Part shown: in pieces, positions 18,337 to 27,013 of the stretch
Numbering within the stretch: position 1 is the stretch's first letter
How the letters are laid out: every line of letters begins with the position of its first letter
Virus record (IMG/VR): IMGVR_UViG_3300042868_005134
Location: 62,001-126,000 of that record
Direction: 5' to 3' (one strand)
DNA length: 64,000 nucleotides
The notes under the pieces: generated by a model
Seen by the model: the letters and a program-made list of their open reading frames with translations, nothing else
What the model was told of the DNA's origin: nothing
The model's database searches: none
Made by a program: the position numbers and the translations under genes

Positions 18337-19104
18337 TCAATTGAGTTTACCCATGATATGATTATACATTATATCTTTGACTTTGTCAAGCCTAGCCTGT
18401 TTGGTTTGATAACCTAAAACCACAATGTAGTGTGTTTGACCCGCTTGTTCTACAACCATGCTGACACACCATCCAGCTGGAGTTGTCAATCCAGTCTTGC
18501 TGATCTGAACGTTTTTGAATTCGGTGAGCACAGGCTTGTTGGTATTGTCAAATTTTAACTCTGACAGTTTCTTTTTGTTTTCCCATGTGACACTGCTATT
18601 AATTCTAGTAGTAATATCTTTAATAATGGCAATCTTGTGTACTTGCTCAAGCAAGTTGAGCAAGTCTCTTGCGGTGCTCACATTGAGCTTGCTGAGTCCT
18701 GACGCATCATCAAAATGAGTATGTGTCATACCCAACTGAGTTGCCTTGGCATTCATGGCACCAATAAAGGCAGTTCTGCCGCCAGGATAATCCTGTGCCA
18801 AACTTTCAGCGGCACTGTTGTCACTGCGTACCAACATGGCTGTTAGTAGTTCCAGTCTGGTATAACTGCGTTTGGGCAACACAGTACTCCAACGATTGAT
18901 TAACTGTGCTCTGCTTTCCAAACTTAACCCTGACTCTAGTGCTACCACGGCAGTCATCAGCTTGGTAATGCTGGCAATGGGTCTAACTTGATCAGTGTTT
19001 TGATTGATTACAGCAGTGTGTTTGCTGTGATTAAAAACAAACACACTGGGCTCTGCGTGAACAGGCCCAGTGATGAGAGCTAGAAACAGTAACAAATAAC
19101 GCAT
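18337..19104 (-). CDS. D-alanyl-D-alanine endo/carboxypeptidase (peptidase S11, PBP7-like), secreted
   Basis: SxxK (ASITK), SxN (SDN), KTG; signal peptide. Confidence 0.92.
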   Translation of the reverse strand: MRYLLLFLALITGPVHAEPSVFVFNHSKHTAVINQNTDQVRPIASITKLMTAVVALESGLSLESRAQLINRWSTVLPKRSYTRLELLTAMLVRSDNSAAESLAQDYPGGRTAFIGAMNAKATQLGMTHTHFDDASGLSKLNVSTARDLLNLLEQVHKIAIIKDITTRINSSVTWENKKKLSELKFDNTNKPVLTEFKNVQISKTGLTTPAGWCVSMVVEQAGQTHYIVVLGYQTKQARLDKVKDIMYNHIMGKLN

Positions 19105-19114
19105 GGTGCGTTAT

Positions 19115-19660
19115 TTACCCTAAATCTTGCGGGTAGTCCTCTATGAATTTGCCTAATTTATGATCTTCAAGAGCTTTGACAAGGGCATGTTCAACAAACT
19201 CGTTGAATGTGATATCCATGTCATGTGCCATTTTCATGTATTGAAGTAACTCTGTGTCTGAAAAGTCAACTGGCACTTGAACACGAGTATCATAGTCTTC
19301 GCCTTCTTGAATAGCCAATGCTTTTTGGAAGAAGTCATCATCTACATCCAAATCTACATATTCAACATCATCCCATGCTTGGCTCATCCAACTGTCACGT
19401 TGTGTGGCTTCGGCAGTATATGCTTCGAGATAGTCAGGATTGATTCTGCGATAGGCACGTTCATTTTTATAATCGTGTGCCTGTACTTCGTACACAGCCT
19501 GTGTCTTGTTGTCAAAGATGATGCTAAAGCTGGCACCATCTTGCTCACCGTCCCAACTGTCCAAACTGTAGGCATTTGCGCCATAGCATTGCCATCCATA
19601 TGTACTACCTTCTGTAATGCGGTAATCAACCAATTCCATCCATTCTTTTAACGAGATCAT
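19115..19660 (-). CDS. Hypothetical protein
   Basis: Long acidic ORF in operon. Confidence 0.75.
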   Translation of the reverse strand: MISLKEWMELVDYRITEGSTYGWQCYGANAYSLDSWDGEQDGASFSIIFDNKTQAVYEVQAHDYKNERAYRRINPDYLEAYTAEATQRDSWMSQAWDDVEYVDLDVDDDFFQKALAIQEGEDYDTRVQVPVDFSDTELLQYMKMAHDMDITFNEFVEHALVKALEDHKLGKFIEDYPQDLG

Positions 19661-19971
19661 TTTATTAATTCCTCTTCTCTATGTGTTTTAAAAACATTCT
19701 GTCCACAGCGCCTAATTGCGTCTGCTAACTCTTGCGGTTGCTCTTCAGCATACTCATTCAACTCATCCAAACTAATCTCACTTTCAAATGCCCAAATCTC
19801 TGGAAATCTCTGTGGGTTAGCTCTTGCCCTTAGTATAGCATGTCTGGGTATAGGGAAGTCAACCTTGTCGTCACCTTTTAACACAGCCCAAAACTTTTTC
19901 TTTTCATAGTCGGTAACATCGAATATCCATTCAAATCCCAACGTGTCAAAATATGCCATGTATGCGTTCAT
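19657..19971 (-). CDS. Hypothetical protein
   Basis: Start at MNAYM (ATGA overlap); RARANPQR..EIW. Confidence 0.7.
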   Translation of the reverse strand: MNAYMAYFDTLGFEWIFDVTDYEKKKFWAVLKGDDKVDFPIPRHAILRARANPQRFPEIWAFESEISLDELNEYAEEQPQELADAIRRCGQNVFKTHREEELIK

Positions 19972-20162
19972 TCTTGTGTCCTCTGTGGGTAATAGTAATA
20001 ACAATACGGCCTGTTGGTGTTCCAATCTCCAGCCATGCCATCCAAATCTTGTAGACTTGATACAGCACGAGCCGTCATGTTGGCATGCACAATCCATGGA
20101 GTGTCACGCCTTGCCCGCAGGTATTGCCTAAGATAGATCCGGCTTTGTTCCAGTTGGTTCAT
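19968..20162 (-). CDS. Hypothetical protein
   Basis: Start MNQLEQ, ATGA overlap with the upstream peptide. Confidence 0.5.
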   Translation of the reverse strand: MNQLEQSRIYLRQYLRARRDTPWIVHANMTARAVSSLQDLDGMAGDWNTNRPYCYYYYPQRTQE

Positions 20163-20260
20163 TCTGTAGTTGTCCTGGAATCTATATTTGAACGGTATGC
20201 CATGTATAGCACACCCACTATGTATCCTGCCAAGAATCCCCAAAATAAATCCCAAGTCAT
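20159..20260 (-). CDS. 33-aa membrane peptide (not in ORF track)
   Basis: MTWDLFWGFLAGYIVGVLYMAYRSNIDSRTTTE; ATGA overlaps on both sides, GGAG SD. Confidence 0.55.
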   Translation of the reverse strand: MTWDLFWGFLAGYIVGVLYMAYRSNIDSRTTTE

Positions 20261-20517
20261 TCTTCAACTCCGAAATGTTCTTTAATCGCTACATAACTAT
20301 CAACCCCGCACTGGACATAACCATCCCGATGCGTGTCCTTCATCATAAGTTCATCTTCTAGCACGGGCAGATATTGTTCTCTTACTTGATTCATGCATTC
20401 CTTGACAATCAACTTGGCGAACATTCTATAATCAAAATCCCGCAACCCTTCACGATCACTTCCGTAAGGCGCAATTAGGCCAGCCTCTCTAGCAAGTTGG
20501 TTAATTCGTTCGTTCAT
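20257..20517 (-). CDS. Hypothetical protein, MNERI...EHFGVE family
   Basis: Family motifs FAKLIVKEC, IKEHFGVEE. Confidence 0.75.
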   Translation of the reverse strand: MNERINQLAREAGLIAPYGSDREGLRDFDYRMFAKLIVKECMNQVREQYLPVLEDELMMKDTHRDGYVQCGVDSYVAIKEHFGVEE

Positions 20518-20705
20518 TCTTCAACTCCGAAATGTTCTCTAATCTCTTCGTAAATGTCCAATGCATCATGGTTGGCAGCAACATTAGCACATTCCCTCAC
20601 AATCAACTCGGCGAACTTTTTGCAAAATTCATCAGGAATGTTCCAAGGACCAGAGGGCATGTCTTCAACAGCCTTATCAGCAAGTTCTAGAATTCGTTTG
20701 TTCAT
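20514..20705 (-). CDS. Hypothetical protein, MNERI...EHFGVE family
   Basis: MNKRILELA...FAELIVREC...IREHFGVEE. Confidence 0.75.
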   Translation of the reverse strand: MNKRILELADKAVEDMPSGPWNIPDEFCKKFAELIVRECANVAANHDALDIYEEIREHFGVEE

Positions 20706-20938
20706 AGTTTCTCTCCACAATGTGGACACAGTTTGGTATTGACTTTACGCATTTCTTTCAGTGTCTTGTTGAGTTTACGAGCATCGGTCAAGTGACTTTT
20801 GATTATCTTACGGTCTCGTTCGTGTTTGGCCTTGCCCAGTTCAACTTTAAGGTGCATCTTCATTTTGGCTAGTCGACCCTCAAAGATTTCAATAAAGCCC
20901 GTTATGCCCGGACCTTTGTCTGCTGGCGTACCACTCAT
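20702..20938 (-). CDS. Hypothetical coiled-coil protein with C-terminal CPHCG
   Basis: ORF with ATGA coupling. Confidence 0.7.
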   Translation of the reverse strand: MSGTPADKGPGITGFIEIFEGRLAKMKMHLKVELGKAKHERDRKIIKSHLTDARKLNKTLKEMRKVNTKLCPHCGEKL

Positions 20939-21315
20939 AGTTCAACCCCTTCAACCGGTTCTTCTACAGGTTGATCAGGTATGTTGTTGGAGTCACCATC
21001 GGTGGCAATGACAAATCCCAAGTCCAGCATAATTTTTTGTTCGTCCCAGACACAGTGAGGGCGGAATACAAACAGTCGACGAGTAAGATTGTCTTTGGAA
21101 TAGTATATTCTGTAGCTGACACGCACCGCTTTCAACCGTTGTTCAAGTTCGGCTATTGTAACACCTTGCGACCATTCGTCGGCAACCGATTCTCTAGTCT
21201 GCTCAAAGTAGAAATCCGTCATACGCTGTATGGCAGTACCCCTGGGCCAAAACATATTTTGTTGGCACCATGCCATTGTGCGGTCCAGCATTTCTGTTGT
21301 GATTTCATTAGTCAT
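20935..21315 (-). CDS. Hypothetical protein
   Basis: Coupled ORF ending VEGVEL. Confidence 0.7.
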   Translation of the reverse strand: MTNEITTEMLDRTMAWCQQNMFWPRGTAIQRMTDFYFEQTRESVADEWSQGVTIAELEQRLKAVRVSYRIYYSKDNLTRRLFVFRPHCVWDEQKIMLDLGFVIATDGDSNNIPDQPVEEPVEGVEL

Positions 21316-21572
21316 AGTTCAACTCCGAAATGTTCTTTAATCATCTTTGCTGCCGTTGACCTACCTGCTGCCATCCATCCAGCAACTTCTGCAGTTGAGA
21401 TTGTGCCGCTATCTTTGAACACAGCAACTTTTATACATTCAAACACAATCAACTGGGCGAACTTTTCTTTATCAAACTTATAGTGTTGAACGGTCTTGTG
21501 ATTATATTCATCAAAAGTTTCGTAATCAAGTTCATTAGCCTGCTCAATAAGCACTTTAATTCGTTCGTTCAC
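21312..21572 (-). CDS. Hypothetical protein, MNERI...EHFGVE family
   Basis: FAQLIVFEC...IKEHFGVEL. Confidence 0.75.
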   Translation of the reverse strand: MNERIKVLIEQANELDYETFDEYNHKTVQHYKFDKEKFAQLIVFECIKVAVFKDSGTISTAEVAGWMAAGRSTAAKMIKEHFGVEL

Positions 21573-21766
21573 GGTGTGTCCTTGAACTGCCCATCAGCTA
21601 TAATGGTTTCAAAGGTGCTCCACAGCAGTTTGAATTTGAATTCATACACGCAGGCCAAGCTAGTCATGTCTGCGGTATTGGCACCTTGAGACTCCATCAT
21701 GGCAATATCATCAGTGATCTTCCAGCAGTCCATGATTTGTTGTTCTAAATCAAATCTATCAGTCAT
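21569..21766 (-). CDS. Hypothetical protein
   Basis: DRFDLEQQIMDCW motif. Confidence 0.7.
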   Translation of the reverse strand: MTDRFDLEQQIMDCWKITDDIAMMESQGANTADMTSLACVYEFKFKLLWSTFETIIADGQFKDTP

Positions 21767-21959
21767 AAGTTACTCCAAAGTGTTGTTTAATTTTTACAGC
21801 AAGTTTATCATACAAAATCCAGCGGCCATAAAGATCCACTATACTTGCACATTCTGCCACAATCAACCGGGCGAATTCCAGTTCCACAGGGCTCAACGCA
21901 GTTTCCGATGGAAACTTTAGGCCAGACTTTTTAGCAAGTTCTAAGATGCGTTCATTCAT
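21759..21959 (-). CDS. Hypothetical protein, MNERI...EHFGVE family
   Basis: FARLIVAEC...IKQHFGV. Confidence 0.75.
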   Translation of the reverse strand: MNERILELAKKSGLKFPSETALSPVELEFARLIVAECASIVDLYGRWILYDKLAVKIKQHFGVTYD

Positions 21960-22312
21960 TCTTCAACTCCTTCTACCCGTTGGCCTTCTTTAAGGGTACG
22001 CAAGAGTTGACGGTTACGTTCTTTTTGTTCGGCTTTGAAACGCTTTTCGTCATCACTGACACGCAACATCCTGTCGTAGTCACGGGCCCATTGTACGCCA
22101 GCCAGCCAATCTTCAAGCCGTTCTAGGCTACCCACAAACAGTTCCGCATCACGTGTGTACATGGGTAAAGCATCTGCATCCCGGGGCACAAGGCCAAGGG
22201 CTCCGTGATTGTCCGTCCACTCCGTGTGCTTGCTCTTGGCAAACTTGAAGCCCAAGTGGCTTACTTGTTCTTCAATGCGCTTGATTTGTTGGATTGTGTT
22301 CCAGCCCGTCAT
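21956..22312 (-). CDS. Hypothetical protein
   Basis: Start MTGWNT; ends VEGVEE. Confidence 0.7.
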   Translation of the reverse strand: MTGWNTIQQIKRIEEQVSHLGFKFAKSKHTEWTDNHGALGLVPRDADALPMYTRDAELFVGSLERLEDWLAGVQWARDYDRMLRVSDDEKRFKAEQKERNRQLLRTLKEGQRVEGVEE

Positions 22313-22530
22313 GTAATTCTCCCCAGTCCCAACCAAATCAGTTGATCCAGCTCAGTTTGATAATCTTGACCCAATCTGCGCCGTTCGTAGATGGCCTGTA
22401 AGATTTCCTTGCCATCACCATATTCGCCTGTACCAGCGCCACGGCTAGCCAATTCTTCAATGAGGTCATCAGTGTCAAATTCACTGAGCTCCACATCCAC
22501 TTCAACTTCTGTGTATATTGTCTTGTACAT
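22309..22530 (-). CDS. Hypothetical protein
   Basis: SD AAGGAG; DVELSEFDTDDLIEEL. Confidence 0.7.
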   Translation of the reverse strand: MYKTIYTEVEVDVELSEFDTDDLIEELASRGAGTGEYGDGKEILQAIYERRRLGQDYQTELDQLIWLGLGRIT

Positions 22531-22531
22531 G

Positions 22532-22771
22532 TTAACTCCTTATGCCTCGAATATCATCGTAACCGACCCTGATATAACTCACCCATTCAGAGCCAATCCT
22601 CATAGGTAGGTCCAAGTGTATGCTGACCCTGGCGCCTTCCAGTTCGTTCACCATGTTGTCTCCATAGGCTGTACCCACGTAGGGTATGCCTTGATACCGA
22701 CCCTCTACCCTCGCCCCAAAAGCATACCGAGGTTTGGGCCTATTGGCCTCAAAGTATTCTGCCAAGTTCAT
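22532..22771 (-). CDS. Hypothetical protein
   Basis: Coupled ORF. Confidence 0.7.
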   Translation of the reverse strand: MNLAEYFEANRPKPRYAFGARVEGRYQGIPYVGTAYGDNMVNELEGARVSIHLDLPMRIGSEWVSYIRVGYDDIRGIRS

Positions 22772-23103
22772 GCCAGCTCCCTAACATGCTTACACACGCC
22801 CCTGAATGTGTAGCCCTGGCAGGTACAGGTCTTCGTGCGTGTGTTCACTGTGTACACACTGCCATTGCTACCCGCTACCTCTTGAACATCAGGGTCCGCT
22901 TGAACACTGCCAACATCAAATGGGTCGGCCTCCAAGCGAACAAACTTGCGTCCCGAACGGCTGATGGTGATGGGTTTCTTAAACCAAAAGGGTGTCGTGG
23001 TGCCCTGACGCACATAGGCCCACATAGTGTTACCCTCAAAGAGGTACACATGATTGGCAGCGACGCTGTCTTTCCATGCCGTGACTTCTTGTACAGCTTC
23101 CAT
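22768..23103 (-). CDS. SWIM zinc-finger protein
   Basis: GSNG..YTV...CTCQGYTFRGVCKH. Confidence 0.8.
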   Translation of the reverse strand: MEAVQEVTAWKDSVAANHVYLFEGNTMWAYVRQGTTTPFWFKKPITISRSGRKFVRLEADPFDVGSVQADPDVQEVAGSNGSVYTVNTRTKTCTCQGYTFRGVCKHVRELA

Positions 23104-23112
23104 GTGACTCTT

Positions 23113-23328
23113 TCAATAACAGTTGTTTCTGATGTCAATGCCCTGTCGGCATAATGAATTTCTACGCTGTGCTTCATGCTCAAAATTGGGCAGTTGTTGC
23201 CAAGTTTCGCCGCAACGAATGCAGGGGTCATAGGGCTTGTAGCCCATGGAGGCCTTCTTTAAGCTGTAGTAGTCCACACTAGAACACCCAGCCAAAAGCA
23301 CCGCAACAGTAGTGATTAAGTATCTCAT
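23113..23328 (-). CDS. Small lipoprotein, leaderless first gene of the leftward operon
   Basis: Lipobox LAGC; promoter TTGACA(23363-23358)-17-TATAAT(23340-23335). Confidence 0.7.
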   Translation of the reverse strand: MRYLITTVAVLLAGCSSVDYYSLKKASMGYKPYDPCIRCGETWQQLPNFEHEAQRRNSLCRQGIDIRNNCY

Positions 23329-23378
23329 GTGCTAATTATACATGCTTATAGACAAGTTGTCAACAGTTAAATATGATT

Positions 23379-23552
23379 ATGAGCAACCAAACCAAAGAAC
23401 AAGAAGTCCAGGGTTTTCTAATGAAGATTCTCAATCACACGGGCAAACTGTACACTTTGGGCCTCATGATGGGCATTTTGACTAGACTGAGTAAGTCAGA
23501 CTACAACCTATATCAAGAGCTCAAACAGCGTAGTCAAGACATCAATAAATGA
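23379..23552 (+). CDS. 57-aa hypothetical protein (not in ORF track)
   Basis: MSNQTKEQEVQGFLMKILNHTGKLYTLG...; TAAATA just upstream. Confidence 0.5.
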   Translation: MSNQTKEQEVQGFLMKILNHTGKLYTLGLMMGILTRLSKSDYNLYQELKQRSQDINK

Positions 23553-23745
23553 CTAGATGAGCCCCGTAGCGTAACAATAGCCAAGTCAACTGCCGACAGG
23601 GCTCACACTCAATACGCCAAGTCCAATAACTATCTCCCACATAGACATAGGCGCCGGGACACATAACAATTGAATTGATTTGACAATAATGATAGATTTC
23701 ATCAATAACAGGATTGTTACTGGCAACGGTTACACATATACGCAT
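23542..23745 (-). CDS. Hypothetical protein, FxL(K/R)W-like C-terminus
   Basis: Ends LTWLLLRYG; TAAATA upstream. Confidence 0.55.
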   Translation of the reverse strand: MRICVTVASNNPVIDEIYHYCQINSIVMCPGAYVYVGDSYWTWRIECEPCRQLTWLLLRYGAHLVIY

Positions 23746-23764
23746 AGTAGCTGTATTTACAAAG

Positions 23765-24081
23765 AGACCCCGCTGCGCACCGGTTTGAACGCATGTAGTA
23801 GCAATCTATATAGTGAAGATTCGTATAGTGTCTAGAACTCATATAGCAGTAGTCTATATAGTGTAGAGATACACGGGCACTACGCTGACACATGCCAAGG
23901 CTGCGAAGCAGCCAGCGCCTGGCAGCGTTTTTGAGCACCTTATACACACAGTCAAACAGAGTACACACACAGCGCACAAAAGACCCCGCTGTGAGGTTCT
24001 GCTCGAACTAACACTACACGCACAGAGACCCCGCTGCGCGACCCGGGGTCCTCACACTATACAGCATGATAGACCCCGCTG
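23765..24081. repeat. Four direct repeats of AGACCCCGCTG (iteron-like)
   Basis: Copies at 23765, 23981, 24026, 24071. Confidence 0.85.
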
Positions 24082-24547
24082 TAGCTATCTAGGATTGAGC
24101 ACTGTGGCGGCATGATTAGAGTATTTGAACTATGCCTCTCTGCCCCACCGTGTTGAAAAATTTTTAACTCTAAGCCGCGGTATTCTGATTCGCGAAAGTG
24201 ACATGTATTCTAGAATCAGTCACACAAAATCACACTTTCTCACACTTTTAGACACTTTTTGGTCCCACCAACCGCACTCGTTGACTCTATACGCAAGGTG
24301 GTGGTAGTCTAGTTGCACTAGATCGCACTATAGAAGAATATAATTCACTATAGACAACTATAATTCAGTATAAAGCACTCTAATTCATATGCCAGTAGGG
24401 TGTCCACTGACTCAAACTGTCTTATACAGTGTTCAACCCAACACTACAGTAGAGTACTGTATACGCTGTAGTCACTATATAGACCTTTCACACTATATAG
24501 AATACTCTCGCACTGTGTGATATATACACTATACAAGGACTTACTAT

Positions 24548-24754
24548 ATGCGCTTTGAACCACTTGCTCACTTGACTTACTCAACTCATCAGGTATTCTT
24601 ATCAAGAGAACTGGAGAGGGGCCATATACACTGTTTCAAGTATGATGACAATCGCTGTGATTATCAAGTATTTGAGCCCCGGGATTGGGACGCGGGAAGT
24701 CATTATGTTCTCGAGGCGCTTCCCAAATGGGGATGGGGTTTTGTAGAGGATTAA
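24548..24754 (+). CDS. Hypothetical protein
   Basis: SD AAGGA upstream of ATG. Confidence 0.55.
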   Translation: MRFEPLAHLTYSTHQVFLSRELERGHIHCFKYDDNRCDYQVFEPRDWDAGSHYVLEALPKWGWGFVED

Positions 24755-24759
24755 TATTA

Positions 24760-24889
24760 TGTGGATAACCGTGTGGACAACCTTTATCCACAAGTTATTC
24801 AACTGTTATCCACATGTGAGCAAGCTGTGGATAACTTGAGTTTTAAATTTCTGCCCCAAATCCAAATAGTTATCCACAGCTTATCCACA
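24760..24889. promoter_or_regulatory. DnaA-box cluster (putative origin or DnaA sink)
   Basis: Perfect TTATCCACA/TGTGGATAA at 24760, 24784, 24806, 24826, 24870, 24881; one-mismatch box at 24772. Confidence 0.85.
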
Positions 24890-24944
24890 TAGCTACGCTC
24901 GCCCGCAGTCGCCGTCCACCCCCACTATGTTCGAACATGTCATT

Positions 24945-24973
24945 ATTATAACACGTTTTGAGCATTCAGTCAA
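24945..24973 (-). promoter_or_regulatory. Leftward sigma70 promoter firing into the DnaA-box cluster
   Basis: TTGACT(24973-24968)-17-TATAAT(24950-24945). Confidence 0.75.
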
Positions 24974-25066
24974 CTCGATCGCAAAGACCCTGATCGCAGT
25001 GTGGGTATCTTTTTGAGTTGACTGTTTGGCTCTTTTGCAGTATAATTAGTTTTTAAGGGAGCTAAA

Positions 25067-25207
25067 ATGCAAACATACAAACAGCAACTCGACATCGCCA
25101 TGCTACAATTACAAGCATTAATTGACGAAGAATTTGAGTACAACGAAAGTATACAAGACGCTTTTAATGCGCTCGCTTGTGCGCTAGACGAAGTTGTTGC
25201 GGAATAA
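25067..25207 (+). CDS. 46-aa acidic early protein (not in ORF track)
   Basis: MQTYKQQLDIAMLQLQALIDEEFEYNESIQDAFNALACALDEVVAE; promoter plus SD GGGAGC. Confidence 0.7.
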   Translation: MQTYKQQLDIAMLQLQALIDEEFEYNESIQDAFNALACALDEVVAE

Positions 25208-25265
25208 CAACATGCGAATGCGGGGCCCGGTTGACATTTTGGCTAGACCTTGCTATAATACACAC

Positions 25266-25595
25266 ATGACAAAGACAAAACGAACAGCAAGAAGCGACAG
25301 CAACTACGTGATCTACGCTATGACTAGCGAGCGTGGGGACTCATACGTGGGCTTGACACGCAAGGGCTCAGTCACAGTGAACAAGGCAGTACTAGAGCGC
25401 TGGCGCAAGCACAAGAGCCGAGCACGTAACGAGAACCGCATGTGGGCTCTCTATGTGTATCTCAAGACTGGCGGGCTTGACATGACTTGGACGCACACTG
25501 TCATAGACGTCATACGTGGCCGCAAAGAGGCTTATGCCTACGAGCGCGAGCTGGTCAAAATGATAGAGCCCGAGCTCAACGACCAGTACTTGTAA
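25266..25595 (+). CDS. GIY-YIG-like nuclease, leaderless
   Basis: VIYAM...YVGLT...ERWRKH...E..L...P.LN; ATG begins 7 nt after TATAAT. Confidence 0.75.
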   Translation: MTKTKRTARSDSNYVIYAMTSERGDSYVGLTRKGSVTVNKAVLERWRKHKSRARNENRMWALYVYLKTGGLDMTWTHTVIDVIRGRKEAYAYERELVKMIEPELNDQYL

Positions 25596-25669
25596 AAGCC
25601 TTATGGTTGACAGGGTCTCGGAATCCTGTTATAATTAAGGCTACAGTAAACAACTAAGGAGCGAAACTT

Positions 25670-25879
25670 ATGCGTGAAATGACTAGCAAACTGATTGCAA
25701 TGATGGACGAAGGCCTCATCAGTGCAGAAGCTGTGGCAGAGATGGCCCTGGCTTACATGAGCGAAGATGACGTGGCAGAGATGATGCGAGCTAACGACAT
25801 CCTCCTGGACGAAGAAGACGAGGATGACGGACAGCCCGACGAAGCCCAGGAGTGGGAATCTTTTGACGCAGACTGCTAA
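25670..25879 (+). CDS. Acidic early hypothetical protein
   Basis: Promoter plus SD GGAGCGAA; ends DGQPDEAQEWESFDADC. Confidence 0.85.
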   Translation: MREMTSKLIAMMDEGLISAEAVAEMALAYMSEDDVAEMMRANDILLDEEDEDDGQPDEAQEWESFDADC

Positions 25880-25889
25880 GGAGATGGCT

Positions 25890-26033
25890 ATGCAAGCATG
25901 GGACGTCTTACGCAATGGCAAGATCATTGACACTGTATTCTACGACAAGGACTGTACACTGTGGTATGTGCGCCAGGGGCTCATTGAGCACGATGGCTAC
26001 CCGGTTGACATTGTAGTCCAAAAGGCAGTATAA
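25890..26033 (+). CDS. Early hypothetical protein
   Basis: MQAWDVLRNGKIIDTVFY; SD AAGGAG. Confidence 0.7.
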   Translation: MQAWDVLRNGKIIDTVFYDKDCTLWYVRQGLIEHDGYPVDIVVQKAV

Positions 26034-26061
26034 TATACACTTACACACACTAGGAGCGCAT

Positions 26062-26346
26062 ATGAAAGTCAATCACACACTGTACATCTACAAGGCAGAC
26101 AAGCGGTGCAAAAGCGGTGAACGTCTGTTGTCAACCACTGTATGGCAGAACAGAGATGCCGCTGAGATGGCTCGTGAGGTGCGTGAGTTAGAGTACCAAA
26201 CGTGGCCCAAGCGGCAGGGCTACCGCATGGAGTTTGTGCCCACAATGAAGACTGTGAAGAACTTGATGACGGGTGTGGAGATAGAGATAGCACATGACAC
26301 TCCTCGCAGTTGCGACCCATCAAGCGAACTCTACTGGAGCATGTGA
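26062..26346 (+). CDS. Early hypothetical protein
   Basis: Promoter plus GGAGCG; ends TPRSCDPSSELYWSM. Confidence 0.85.
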   Translation: MKVNHTLYIYKADKRCKSGERLLSTTVWQNRDAAEMAREVRELEYQTWPKRQGYRMEFVPTMKTVKNLMTGVEIEIAHDTPRSCDPSSELYWSM

Positions 26347-26546
26347 TGGTCAAATGGGAATGTCAGATGTTCTACAAGGACAAGCTCTATTCAGGACACT
26401 ATTGGACTGATGAGCTTAGTCTGGCCCGTGCCCGCAGAAAGGTTGCGGAATTACAACGATATCATCCTGCCATGCGATTCACATTGACTGATTGGCAAAA
26501 AGGCAGTATAATTGACTTACGCAAACAAACAAAGGAGCTGGCATGA
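26346..26546 (+). CDS. Early hypothetical protein
   Basis: TGATG coupling to the upstream gene. Confidence 0.6.
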   Translation: MVKWECQMFYKDKLYSGHYWTDELSLARARRKVAELQRYHPAMRFTLTDWQKGSIIDLRKQTKELA

Positions 26547-26923
26547 CACGCTATTACGACACACTGGCAGAATTTGAAAGAGACGGCTATGACATCATCG
26601 TGGACAAAAGCTATGAAGACCTCAACCCTCGCGACTGCTTCGACGACTCAGTCTGTGACATTGACGAGATCATCAAGGACATCGATCGCGGCCACCTCGA
26701 ATGGTTCATGCTCAGGGTCCGGGTACTGGTCGAGGGACTTGAGTTGGGCTCAGCTTACCTCGGCGGATGCTTATACGAGGACCCCCGAGAGATCCTTACT
26801 GACGGGACTGCCGAGGACTTCATTGCTGAGGCGATGGTAGAGGCCAAGAGCCAAGTGTACAGACTGAGCCGCAAGTTCACTGAGTTGAGCTATGCTGTGG
26901 ATCGTGAAGGTGTCACGGTATAA
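26543..26923 (+). CDS. Early hypothetical protein
   Basis: Promoter plus GGAGC; GSAYLGGCLY. Confidence 0.85.
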   Translation: MTRYYDTLAEFERDGYDIIVDKSYEDLNPRDCFDDSVCDIDEIIKDIDRGHLEWFMLRVRVLVEGLELGSAYLGGCLYEDPREILTDGTAEDFIAEAMVEAKSQVYRLSRKFTELSYAVDREGVTV

Positions 26924-27013
26924 CCCTGACAGCAGTAGGGTCTTTGCTTTTTGAGTTGACACTCTGCCCAAAAGGCAGTATAATAAACACTTAAACAGCA
27001 AAAAGGAAACGCA

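Noticed and set aside
23717-24307. ORFs 23717-23977 (-) and 24125-24307 (+)
   Set aside because: Low-complexity translations across the repeat region, with no RBS or recognisable motifs.
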